Shown piece after piece: positions 12,356-24,769 of a stretch of 64,000 nucleotides of DNA. Under the pieces are notes generated by a model, which saw nothing but the letters and a program-made list of their open reading frames with translations, made no database searches and was not told where the DNA came from. Source of the DNA: Mustelus asterias (Eukaryota); NCBI RefSeq assembly GCF_964213995.1, contig NC_135813.1, forward strand, positions 41,354,001 to 41,418,000. The letters are read 5' to 3'. The first letter of the stretch is position 1. Every line of letters starts with the position of its first letter. The position numbers and the translations under genes are program-made.

Positions 12356-13016
12356 AAACATAGAAAAACTACAGCACAAAACAGGCCCTTCGGCCCCACA
12401 AGTTGTGCCGAACATATCCCTACCTTTTAGGCCTACCTATAACCCTCCATCCTATTAAGTCCCATGTACTCATCCAGGAGTCTCTTAAAAGACCCTATTG
12501 AGTTTGCCTCCACCACCACTGATGGCAGCCGATTCCACTCGCCCACCACCCTCTGTGTGAAAAACTTCCTCCTAACATTTCCCCTGTACCTACCCCCCAG
12601 CACCTTAAACCTGTGTCCTCTCGTAGCAGCCATTTCCACCTTGGGAAAAAGCCTCTGAGAGTCCACCCGATCTATGCCTCTCAACATCTTATATACCTCT
12701 ATTAGGTCTCCTCTCATCCTACGTCTCTCCAAGGAGAAAAGACCGAGCTCCCTCAGCCTATCCTCATAAGGCATGCCACTCAATCCAGGCAACATCCTTG
12801 TAAATCTCCTCTGCACCCTTTCAATCTTTTCCACATCCTTCCTGTAATGAGGCGACCAGAACTGAGCACAGTACTCCAAGTGGGGTCTGACGAGGGTCTT
12901 ATATAGCTGCATCATTATCCCCGGACTCCTAAACTCAATCCCTCGATTGATAAAGGCCAGCACACCATACGCCTTCTTAACCACCTCCTCCACCTGCGGG
13001 GCCGATTTTAGAGTCC
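12356..13016 (-). mobile_element. CR1 LINE 3' fragment with uninterrupted ORF2 C-terminus
   Basis: ORF 12433..12993 LYKTLVRPHLEYCAQFWSPH...LFSLERRRMRGDLIEVYK; CR1 tail; possible TAAG target duplication. Confidence 0.93.
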
Positions 13017-13174
13017 TAAGTGCAAGATGTTTTTTGTCTCAAATATACAGACACTTTACAGGACGGAGAGAGGAGAATTGAATGGACAGGACGGATGTAC
13101 CTGTAGTTTCATTGTTCCTGAAATGTCTCCAAACTGGTCTGCACAACTCTGTACATAATAACATAGCTCGCACC

Positions 13175-13335
13175 AAATTGATCTTTCTCTACACCCTAGC
13201 TATGACTGTAACACCATATTCTGCACTCTCTCCTTTCCTTCTCTATGAACAGTATGCTTTGTCTATATAGCGTGCAAGAAACAATACTTTTCACTGTATA
13301 CTCATACATGTGACAATAAGAAATTAAATCAAACA
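13175..13335 (+). mobile_element. Rex1/Babar LINE 3' UTR fragment (others at ~11585-11705 -, ~21370-21505 +)
   Basis: ttgatctttctctacaccctagctatgactgtaacac...tgtgacaata, matching the UTR of the longer copies at 41290 and 59250. Confidence 0.8.
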
Positions 13336-14932
13336 TTGCTTTTCTTCATTTTTTCATGTTCTCCTTGACTAGAAATGTAACTTATTGTGCAGAAGTTAAA
13401 ACATAACTGTATGTTTGAACATAAAACAGAGACAACAGTCACTGAAATTTATTTATGTCCAAAAACTGACTAAAGTAGGCAACATTGAAGAGGAAAAACT
13501 GTGTAATTCATCAGCAAAGTTCTATTGCGTGAAGATATTTCACTATTTTATTGATAAGCTAATTGTTGATCAGGGGATATATTACTGTTTGACAATCACC
13601 TGCATTCATTGGGCAGTGACTCCCTCCATCATCCGGGAAAGCGGCGACCATGTGGGAGGACATTCTGCCTCCAAGAGCTTTCAAGTGCCAGTAGTGTCAT
13701 TGAGTGTAATGGCCACTGTTGGGGCTGCAGTCAGTCCCTGATGAGGTGTCGTGGAGGACATCGGACAGGAGGGCAAGCGGGGTGGCCTCGCCGGGTCAAG
13801 TCAGACCCGAACCTGCAGCCAGGCTGCCAGGGTTTAGCAGGCAGGTTTGCCGCATGGAATGAGCACCCCCACCATTGGTTAAAAAGAAAACTGAGGCAGG
13901 AAAAAGTGGCCAACTAACAAGCCACTGGACACCCCTCCATTACTGATAAAATAGAGGCAGAGAGCTAATTGGCAAGACCCACTAACCCTGTCATCTCATC
14001 CAATTTTATGTCGGCTCACTTCTCCCCTGTTCCCCTGGGTGACTGACCCTTAAGAAATAAAATGAAGGGACACTTTGATTGTGGGACCAGTGGGTGAAAG
14101 GAGGGGGAGGTTCTGAGAGGTGGTTTCCACCAGGCTGAGAGAAAGGTATTTATCTATTCAGTTAGTTCTTATTGAGAAACTCAGAGATTACTACAACATA
14201 TACTATAAGATGATATACATACATTCTATTAAATAACAACACTATAGGTAAAAGCTATAAAAAAGTAACAAAACTTGGCAAACTTTGACTTGTCTTATAC
14301 AAGCAAATTATCCTGTGGGAAATTTTAACACATTACGTTATATTCAATCAGGGGTCACAGTGTGAGATAAACAATTAACTCAGTCTTGGAAACAACAGTC
14401 TATAATATTGTTTATTGCATTCCATTTTGAGGTTACATTTTCTTCAGGATATTACATAAGGATATTTGGATTGAGAGCACGTTGGTATTTACAAGAGAAT
14501 ATGCTTTTAAGTTACTTTGGCACCTTGGTGGAATTTCTCATGCTGTGAGAAGCATGTTACTCAGATAACTGCCATCAATAGGATAACATGCAGTCTGCAG
14601 CCTGTTACAAAATCATGGAGTTAAGGAATGCCATAACCACAAAAACAAGATTAGAGTTGTTTACCAATGATTAGACAAGTGATTTGATGTGACCACATGG
14701 CAAATCCTGGATTTTTGCATTTAGTGTCTGTACAGTACTCATTTACACAAGTCTAATTGACATTACAAATGCTGGTTTCTGAGCAGATCTGGGCAAGGAC
14801 AAATAATTTCCACAAGAAACCATTAGGCCAACTGGCGTATTCAAAATTCAGAGAAATATTGGTATCTTAAAACACTCTCCAACCTGCGTCATTCTATATA
14901 ATATTCACAGGTGGGATTCATGGCGATGGGAA

Positions 14933-15225
14933 GTTTAAAGTTTATTTATTGTCACAAGTAGGCTTACATTGACACTGCAATGAAGTTACTGTGAAAATCC
15001 CCACATGCAACACTCCAGCATCTGTTCGGGTACACTGAGGGAGAATTTAGCATGACCAACGCACCTAACCAGCACGTCTTTCAGACTGTGGGAGGAAACC
15101 GGAGCACCCAGAGGAAACCCACACAGACACAGGGAGAACGTGCAGACTCCACACAGACAGTGACCCGGGAATCGAAATTGGGTCCCCAGCGCTGTGAGGC
15201 AGCAGTGCTGACCATTGTGCCACCA
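14933..15225 (-). mobile_element. V-SINE type B
   Basis: aagtttatttattgtcacaagtaggcttacattgacactgcaatgaag... is the reverse of the type B tail. Confidence 0.87.
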
Positions 15226-17538
15226 TGAGAGTTTAAGGGAGATGTCCTATTTTCGAGTATGATCCTCCTGTGCCCACTGTCAGCTTCTTGGATGAACATC
15301 TGTGATCTGGGCCAACAGTTGGGAGATTGCGATTCCCGGAATGTGGAAGTTGTTGTGAAAATGTTGCTCATTTCCTGGTATCTTGCCCGAGCATCACAGG
15401 TGGTACCAGGTGCTGCAACTTTATAGATGGGAGCCTTCATCACACTGTCAACTTAGCAAAAAGCCCACCACATCCCAATGCTACTCCAGCTCGTTCCAGA
15501 CTGAATGTCTGTTCTGGTGTTTGTAGATCACATCTGCTTTCTATTACAATAACACGATTGTTATTACAGATGTTAAGTTTCAAATACTAAAAGTCATAAA
15601 GTAGAATGAGAGGAATTCACCATAAGCTGTTTCGCAACTCGCACCACTCCCCCACCCTGCACCCCCTCACAGTAAGTCATGTTGTGGTTGCAGATATGTG
15701 AAGACTCTGGCCATTTAAGAATTGCTTATGACCAAAATTCCACAGAAGTTAGTCAATCCTCACATCTTCAAAGCACACATCTCTGAAAGAGCTATTTTTA
15801 ATCTACTAGTCTGCGATAACTTTAGCACAAATCATCTCTGAAATAAAGGCAGCCAGATAATGCTATCACTGACTAAGCCAGCCTTACTTTAAACTGACTT
15901 TATTTCCGGCCATTAGGTAAAGTTAATTCATATCTATTTTCTAAAAATAATTAAGCAGAGAACTAGGTTTTAATGGTTTCATTACATTTAAGGATTCATG
16001 AATCTGAACTACCATAAAGAAACCATTCAAAAATCTGCCACCTATTTATCAGATCTTCCCAGTGCCTGAATGTGCATTTGGGAACATTCAATGCATATCT
16101 ATTGAAGAAATTATCTTCAAAGATGGTTTCTGAAGAAAGTCAGTTATTCTCCACTAAAGCACCAGTGTAATATTTTGCCCCTGTGCCCGGGATTCACTGT
16201 CATGTGTTTTTAAAATGATAAAAAGGTACCAATCACTCATAAGAGATTGTATAAACATATTGTTGGTTCATTTATTAAGACTGAGCAATGTGAACAGATA
16301 TACATGCACAAAAAACTTGAGGACATCAGACCCGCAGAGCTGTGTGTGCTGCATTCTGCTCCAGGCCAAAGTGAAACTAAGACTGGATCACAAGATACAC
16401 TCCCTTTAAAGTGATGGCATGCTGCTATCCCTTAAAGGCATATTAAAACATCCCCTTTCCTTTTCAAGGTATCTTCCCACTCCTAATGAAGTATAACTAT
16501 TTATAGTGCATATTCATGTTTATATACCAAGACCTAAGTGTATAGAACAGATGATTCTATGAATCTGAAATGTGTAGAAGCAATCTAATGGTATGCTATG
16601 GTCTTGTGATGGTAACCTTTTCTGGAGGTTTCTTTAATTGCTCATGGTGATCTGTGGGATTATCATTCTTGGATGTTGTTCCAAGTTTCATTTGTGATCT
16701 TGCCCGAGATGCAATTGGTATGTACAATGGATGAGGAGCTGGAAGGGCTCTGATTTCTCCTTGATTATGCGTCATCGTTGTGCCTTTGTGTTTAATGACT
16801 TCATTGAATCTTGGTTCTGGACAAATCCTTATCAGCTCAGCTAGTTGCCATGAACCTTCTGTGGGATCCTAGGATGCAAACGTGTTGTCCCAGCTGTAAA
16901 CTTGGCAATTCTGTACCCGCATTTTAATCGAGCATGTTGGTCATTTTCTCTTGCAATTTTAAAAGTTGCTTTGTTCTGACAGTAGAGTGGATAAGAGTAG
17001 GTAAATTGGTACACACTAGTCTGCCAAAGATGAGCTCTGCTTATGATGGAATAGTTGCACTTAAAGGTGTTGCTCTTGGGTATCACACTGCACTGTGCAG
17101 ATCTTGTCTTGGTCTGTTTGCATTTGAGAATTAAGGTTTTCACCATGCAAATTGTTCATTCTGTTAGATCTAGGATATTGAGGGGAAGATATAGTGTGAT
17201 CAATATTCCACTTCTCACACATATCCTGAAATGGCCTACCAATAAACTGCAGACTGTTATCTGTAATGATCTCTCTGAGCACACCAAATAAACTGAAAAT
17301 AGCACGGAGAGTGTGTGTAACAGTTGTGCTTGACATATTGTGCAATTGTCAAAGAATGGGCTCCTTGGTAATCGATGATGATGTTGAAATCAGTGGACAC
17401 GAACAAGGTATGGACCAAGGATGGGGAGGAACTTCATGTAGAATCAATGGTTCTTTGTGCTGACTTGGCTCTTGACATGCCTGTAGTCTTGATGATAACT
17501 TCAACATCATTGTTAATACCCAGCTAACAGACAGTCTC

Positions 17539-18720
17539 TCTTCCAAGGGCCGTGGATGTCGTCTATATGGATTTCAGTAAGGCATTTGACAAAGTCCCAC
17601 ATGGCAGGTTGGTTAAGAAGGTTAAGGCTCATGGGATACAAGGAGAAGTGGCTAGATGGGTGGAGAACTGGCTTGGCCATAGGAGACAGAGGGTAGTGGT
17701 CGAAGGGTCTTTTTCCGGCTGCAGGTCTGTGACCAGTGGTGTTCCGCAGGGCTCTGTACTGGGACTTCTGCTATTTGTGATATATATAAATGATTTGGAA
17801 GAAGGTGTAACTGGTGTAATCAGCAAGTTTGCGGATGACATGAAGATGGCTGGACTTGCGGATAGCGAAGAGCATTGTCGGGCAATACAGCAGGATATAG
17901 ATAGGCTGGAAAATTGGGCGGAGAGGTGGCAGATGGAGTTTAATCCGGATAAATGCGAAGTGATGCATTTTGGAAGAAATAATGTAGGGAGGAGTTATAC
18001 AATAAATGGCAGAGTCATCAGGAGTATAGAAACACAGAGGGACCTAGGTGTGTAAGTCCACAAATCCTTGAAGGTGGCAACACAGGTGGAGAAGGTGGTG
18101 AAGAAGGCATATGGTATGCTTGCCTTTATAGGACGGGGTATAGAGTATAAAAGCTGGAGTCTGATGATGCAGCTGTATAGAACGCTGGTTAGGCCACATT
18201 TGGAGTACTGCGTCCAGTTCTGGTCGCCGCACTACCAGAAGGATGTGGAGGCGTTAGAGAGAGTGCAGAGAAGGTTTACCAGGATGTTGCCTGGTATGGA
18301 GGGTCTTAGCTATGAGGAGAGATTGGGTAAACTGGGGTTGTTCTCCCTGGAAAGACGGAGAATGAAGGGAGATCTAATAGAGGTGTACAAGATTATGTAG
18401 GGGATAGATAGGGTGAACGGTGGGAAGCTTTTTCCCAGATCAGAAGTGACGTTCACGAGGGGTCACGGGCTCAAGGTGAGAGGGGCGAAGTATAACTCAG
18501 ATATTAGAGGGATGTTTTTTACAGAGGGTTGTGGGGGCCTGGAATGCGCTGCCAAGTAGGGTGGTGGAGGCAGGCACGCTGACATCGTTTAAGACTTACC
18601 TGGATAGTCACATGAGCAGCCTGGGAATGGAGGGATACAAACGATTGGTCTAGTTGGACCAAGGAGCGGCACAGGCTTGGAGGGCCGAAGGGCCTGTTTC
18701 CTGTGCTGTACTGTTCTTTT
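17539..18720 (+). mobile_element. CR1 LINE (5'-truncated RT) nested in the Gypsy element
   Basis: DVVYMDFSKAFDKVPH, GVPQGSVLG, SKFADD, LYRTLVRPHLEYC; in-frame stop near 18055; GTCTC duplicated at 17534-17538 and 18721-18725. Confidence 0.94.
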
Positions 18721-19286
18721 GTCTCCTCATCTGATCTATGCCCTTGTGAGTGATTAAGCTGTTGAAGGATATCAGATCAGAAAGATTCTGGTGTAATGAC
18801 CTGCCTGCCTTCAAAATTATTCCCTGGACCTCATGTTCATGGATTTGCCAAATTGAATCATGCTATCCTTCAATAATGGTTTCCCGTAGTTTCTGTAGTG
18901 TGGAATCTTTCACCATTTCTTTTCATAGCTGTTTGCAATTGTGTTGCTCCAGATCAATTGACAGACTTGCATTCTCCTACATGCGTAATGCTGCAGCTCC
19001 CTTGAAACTGCCAATTCTGGTGAAACATTCTGGATATTTCGATGCTAGGCCATGAACTGTGACAACAGCAGTAGTTTCTGAACTTTACCTGTTTTGTAAT
19101 GTCTAGCTTAATTCCATGGATTGTGACTAGCACAACGTCACTCCATGCTGGTCGACCTGCAATCACTTGGCCTTTAGTGTCCACAATGTAGAACACCTGT
19201 AGCACGTTGGAGGAGTGAGTGTACTTGCACTCCAGGACAATGGATTCTGTGCATGCAATTAGTGAACCATTGTACACTGCCTAGAG

Positions 19287-19610
19287 CGGCATGGTGGCAC
19301 AATGGTTAGCACTACTGCCTCACAGTGCTGGGGACCTGGGTTCAATTCTTTCCTTGGGTGACTGTGTGGAGTTTGCACGTTGTCCCTGTGTCTGCGTGGG
19401 TTTCCTCCGGGTGCTCCGGTTTCTTACCACACTCCAAAAATGTGCAGGTTAGGTGGATTGGCCATGCTAAATTGCCCCTTGGTTTCAGGGGGATTAGCAG
19501 GGTAAATACGTGGAGTTACGGGGATAAGGCCTGGGTGGGATTGTTGTCAATGCCGGCTCAATGGTCCGAATAGCCTCCTTCTGTAGTGTAGGGATTCTAT
19601 GATTCTATGA
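19287..19610 (+). mobile_element. HE1-type V-SINE (type A) nested in the Gypsy element
   Basis: Full consensus, ends gattctatgattctatg. Confidence 0.88.
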
Positions 19611-21512
19611 ATTGGGAATGCCTACACAGGCTGAATACATCAGGATTCACAGCAGCAGAGCCAAAGGATCCCCAAAGGATACAGACTATATGGGAAGACT
19701 GGTTTGGAATCAGGGTAAATTTCCACATTCATCAATTGGAGTTGATGTCAGTTTGATAACAGCCTACAGAATCCGTAGACTATTTCATCAGCAGATGCGG
19801 AATACAGTGAATTTTCAAACGCAGGAGTAGCCGACAGAATTGTTGAGTTGGATGCAATCACCAACTCAAAAATTCAGTTGGCTCGCTCTGCTTTCGCCTG
19901 CTTTTCTGAAGCTCTGACCATTGTAATCGCAACCTTCTCTGGTCTGATTTTTAGGGCTTTTTCTCTGTTATTTGACTCTCCCTCACTTGCCCAGGATCCA
20001 GCCCACCCTCTAGTCATTTGCCTTTCCCGACTAAGTTAACCTGGTGCTGGTCCTCTCGACCCATTGTCACACTCGCTGAATTGACAGGCTATAGGCTACA
20101 ATCTCACCATGTGGGATCCATCTGCTTCCTGCTCTTTCTTTGAGCACTGTCACCGCACTGTGTCTTCAAAGCTTTTCTGTGCAGTTAGCCCATTGCAATT
20201 TCAACACTCTCCAATCCTGCGACTCCATTGTGGTCTGACCAGAACATTGAGGGTCATCTCAAGCCATGTAGCATGATCTAAGACTGTTCACCATGTCGTA
20301 TCTGTACTTTAGCTTGCTGCCAGCCTGTGCACTTTGTCCTTTAGAACGAACCATTACTGCACATCATATTATGTATGTTATAATTATATAAAGGCACCAA
20401 TCACTCATAAGGGATTGTGCAAACATGTTGTGGGTTCATTTATTAAGCACAGGCACATGTGAACAGATATACATGGACAGAAAGCTCAAGGACATCAGAG
20501 CCCCAGAGCTGTGTGTGTGTGCTCTGCTTCAGCCCAAAGTAAAACTGAGACTGAATCACATGACACACTTCTCTTAAAGTGATGTCATGATGCTATCCCT
20601 TTAAGGCACATTACAACATATTGCAACACACACAAGGGCACACTGATTAGTTCAATGCTGACATTATTTTGTCTTAATGCCGCAACGTTACTTCAATATT
20701 GCTTTGCAAGGTCATTAGATAAGTGTAAATAAGGGGCCTTCTGGCACCCCTCTGCAGTGTCCCCAATATTTAAATGTTACCCTTGTGCCCCGATGACCAA
20801 ACGAAAACAATAGCAGGGTCTGACCAGAGTACATCACAACATTCTCCAAGCTAATATTTCAGCGTGTAGTCCAGTATCTTGCTTCATTGGCACCACACAG
20901 TGATTTCACCCAATTTGTTTTACAATGTCAAGTGTCTGTATTAAATTTCATCCCACTGTCTTGCCCATTTTATCTCCAGCACAAGAAATCACAAAATGTT
21001 GTGGAGACATAGTTATCCCCATATTCCTGTTATTGATGAGAACTAATTTGTTAACTCTATAGGGCTATCATTGATGCTTTGAATATCAGGTTTGCTTCCC
21101 CTCTATGACATTCTCTTGGTTGTCATCATGGCATGGCTGCCAAACCTAGGAGGCATACTGCCCAGGGACTTCCATCCCCTCAGCCCTCCATTGAAGCCTG
21201 TGCCCCGGCACCACAAGGGAGACACAAAGAAGCTACTGGGCAGAATTGCCCAAAACCTACTCACACCCCGACCCCCTCCCACCCACTCCCCCAAAGACAC
21301 AGCCATTCAGCGGGTACTGTGCCAGCAAGAATGCACTCACCCCCGAGCTGAATGGTCCTATCATATGTTAAGTTGATATTTCTCTACACCCTTGCTGTGA
21401 CTGTAACACTACATTCTGCAACCTCCCCTTTCCTTCTCCCCCATGTACTCTATGAATGGTATGTTTTGTCTGCATAGTGCACAAGAAATAATACTTTTTA
21501 CTGTATTCCTTT

Positions 21513-21817
21513 GGGCAGCATGGTGGCACAGTGGCTAGCACTGCTGCCTCACAACGCCAGGGACCTGGGTCTGATTCTTGGCTTGGGTTACTGTCTGTGT
21601 GGAGTTTGCACATTCTCCCCGTGTCTGCGTGGGTTTCCTCCCACACTCCAAAGATGTGCGGGTTAGGTAGATTGGCCATGCTAAATTGCCCCTTAGTGTC
21701 AGGGGGACTAGCTAGGGTAAATGAATGGGATTATCGGGATAAGGCTTGGGTGGGATTGTGGTTGGTACAGACTCAATGGGCCGAATGGCCTCCTTCTGCA
21801 CTGGAGGGATTCTATGT
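21513..21817 (+). mobile_element. HE1-type V-SINE (type A)
   Basis: Consensus match with a small internal deletion. Confidence 0.87.
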
Positions 21818-22309
21818 GACAATGAGAAATCAATTCAATCAATCAAATCAAATCCCCCTGGGAGTTTTGCTCGCCAGGTGCACACCTTTTTGAGTACAGT
21901 CATGCATCACACCGGCCTGGGAGTTAAGTTTGATGTGGGGGTATGATTCTGATGTATGGGCTCGATAGCGATGTGTAAATGTATTACAATAATGGCCCAG
22001 GTGTTACATGGCGGGAAACCTGGCCCACGACTGACGAGGGGAGGGTACGATCGCGTTCTGTATTTACACCACCAGGAAACGCGTTTGAGGGCCTTCCCAT
22101 GACATATGCTAGTCGTGCTGCCAAACACGCCTGCCGCGTACAGGAGCGGGAAATCCCAGCCTCAGTCTGAAGCAATTGCATTGTCAGCATCAATTCTGAG
22201 TCCAGGGCTATTGCAGGGCTGCAAGTGGCGAGCCCGAGAATTGCAGGTCCGGTCGATAAATAAAACTCCTGAAAACTGGTTGTTCCCGAATTTCAGAGTT
22301 CTAGCTGCG

Positions 22310-22555
22310 GCCCTATCCCTACGTAACTCCACACATTTACTCCTCCAGTCCTCCTGACACGAAGGGGCAATTTAGCATGACCAATCCACCTAACCCGCAC
22401 ATCTTTCAGAGTGTGGGAGGAAATCGGAGCACCCGGAGAAAACCCACGCAGACACGGGGAGAACGTGCAAATTCCACACAGACAGTGACCCAAGGTCGGA
22501 ATTGAATCCAGGTCCCTGGAGCTGGGAGGCAGCAGTGCTAACCAATGTGCTGCCC
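22310..22555 (-). mobile_element. HE1-type V-SINE (type A, 3' truncated)
   Basis: Reverse consensus head and V-domain. Confidence 0.83.
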
Positions 22556-22988
22556 TACAAGGTCATTCATTTCTTTGCAATAATAGTCCAACATCCTTCG
22601 ACAAAGATCTAGATTTTCTACACCCAAACACGCAGATAAAAACTACTTCAACTGATTTCATTTCCAGCCAACAGACATCAGGTTCCAGAGACAAAAGAGC
22701 AATTTGTTAACCTGTAGGTTATGGAAAATTTGTATTGAATCTGTTCACCATTCAAAATGTAATAAATTCACTATTGAATCACAAAAAATTGTAAAAATTC
22801 AAATGTACCATATCTCAGCCTGCAAAATGTCACTGTTTATATCAGTAGCTGTAATATTCCTGACCAAATATTCAAATCCATTAGTTCATCACCAGTACTA
22901 TCAATGGTAAGGGACAACAGGGCTTTTCTTTTCACATCAGAATGACCCTTTTTGCAAAGGGTTTGCTCACATGATCCTCGGGGCTTAC

Positions 22989-23100
22989 CGTATCCTGCAG
23001 GGTTGCCCTTGCTCTTGGGCAGGTTGGCTCGGAGAATGGCGTTGTTCAGGGTATTCAGGTAGGTCGGCATGCTATGATAACCCTTGTTGTTGTAAAACGC
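22989..23100 (-). CDS. ABCA2: ABCA2 exon (112 nt): [37 protein letters not shown](G)
   Basis: Overlaps ORF 22837..23070; acceptor ctgtAG at 23102-23101, donor GTAAGC at 22988; phase 0/1. Confidence 0.96.
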
Positions 23101-23182
23101 CTACAGAAGTAAAGGAAAGACATGGGCAGGCGTTAGTTAAATGCTCCTCTCTGCATTTGTTTTAATGTCAGGTTGCAATCAT

Positions 23183-23375
23183 TTCCAAAGATATGCAGGT
23201 TAGGTGGATAGGCCATCGCAAATTGCCTTAGTGTCCCAAGATGCGTACAGGGGGATTAGCGGGGTAAATATGTGGGGTTGCGGGGATAGAGCCTGGGTGG
23301 AATGCTCTGTCGGAGAGTCAGTGCAGACTCAATGGGCCAAATGGCCGCCTTCTGGACTGTAGGAATTCTATGATT
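23183..23375 (+). mobile_element. HE1 type A 3' half
   Basis: ccaaagatatgcaggttaggtgg...ggaattctatgatt. Confidence 0.8.
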
Positions 23376-23949
23376 TTTACTTCTAAAGTGCATCCTCTTT
23401 GGCTGTTGGCTTCCTGTTAGAGGGCAGTGAAAGGTTCTCAGGGAGATGGAGTGAGCATAAGTTTAATAAGATCTCCAGCAACCCATCAGCAAAGTCATTC
23501 CGCAAGGTCTACCTCTTACCCCAACCACCGTATCAACAATGCAAGCAACAATATTTTTAGTTACCTTTCCAAGTGTGAAGGAATTGCTACTCAAGCCTTA
23601 GGTTGAATGCCAATCTTATGCTTAGAGCAGGACAGCATCATGGTGCAGAGTGACTGGTACACAGGAAGTCCAGTAACAGCATTCCACCAAGACTCAATCA
23701 AACAAGACAACATGGCACCGTACTGTGGTATCAGCTCCAGCTGAATTATTTATTGCGTCCATATTATAGTGTACATTGAGGCCATCTTATTGCGAAACCT
23801 ATCTTTTCTTAGGCTGCTCTGGCTCTATGAGGAAGTACCACTGTATACGTACATGGAGGACTATGTAGGCAACACCAACTTTCTTATGCACATCTGAAGC
23901 CACTTGAGGTTGTTTGGAAAAGTTGAGCGTCACTGATTGCACCAAGTCT

Positions 23950-24270
23950 AGAATCATAGAATCCCTGTGGTGCAGGAGGCCATCAAGCCTGCACTGACAA
24001 CAATTCCACCAAGCTCTATCATTGTAACCCCACACACTTACCCCAATAATCTCCATGATACTCAGCAGCAATTTTAGCAATTTGGCCAATCCATCTAACC
24101 CACTCATCTTTGAACTGTGGAGGGAAACCGGAGCACCCGGAGGAAACCCATGCAGACACGGGGAGAATGTGCAAGCTCCACACAGACAGTCACCAAAGGT
24201 TGGCAAATTGAACTCGGGTCCTTGGAGCTGTGAGGCAGCAGTGCTAACTACTGTGTCACTGTGCCACCCC
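23950..24270 (-). mobile_element. HE1-type V-SINE (type A)
   Basis: Reverse consensus. Confidence 0.85.
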
Positions 24271-24366
24271 AAAGTCTAGCCTGGTTGCAGCGACTAAACC
24301 ATGACATTTAATGGGTCACATTCACTCTGGCCAAATAAGTGAAGAGAAGGTGCTAACTGAGATACA

Positions 24367-24492
24367 GGGTGGGACTTTCCGGCCACACTCGCCCCGAAAT
24401 TGGAAAATCCCGCCCTAGGTCAACGGACCTTTCCATTGTCCGCCCCTCACCCGCTCCGATTCCCGTGACGGGCGGAATGGGAAAATTCATCC
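24367..24492. mobile_element. GC-rich MITE-like element (~125 bp); sister copy at 40222-40348
   Basis: Imperfect TIRs gggtgggactttcc / ggaaaattcatcc; aligns end to end with 40222-40348. Confidence 0.65.
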
Positions 24493-24769
24493 TTCAATGT
24501 TTTGGGGTTCTTTTTGGCTAATAATCATGTGTTCTTGCACTGGTTCAACAAAAGCATTTCTACCTTCAACTAGGGCATTTGTTCCCTGGACTGCTTTCCT
24601 TTGATCAGTCATCCTTTTCTATTATCTTCGCACCTATTTGTCGAAACCCAAATTAGATGCAGCAAAAGCTTAATCAGATTTAGGCAACCAGCTTCATCCA
24701 AATTAAATGGGCATAAATTAGGGCAAAGCCAGGTTGAAGTTGGGGTGTGGAACAATCTAGCAACTTCCT

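Larger units (their letters stand above)
16205..20618 (-). mobile_element. Decayed Gypsy LTR retrotransposon (LTRs 16205-16450 and 20376-20618)
   Basis: Two ~245-bp TG..CA direct repeats; polypurine tract on the minus strand at 16451-16465; integrase remnants (EIITDNSLQF...HTISSPQYPRSN and CQEPSQHKEPLILHEVPPHPW); protease-like YNGSLI...FYIVDTKG. Confidence 0.88.
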
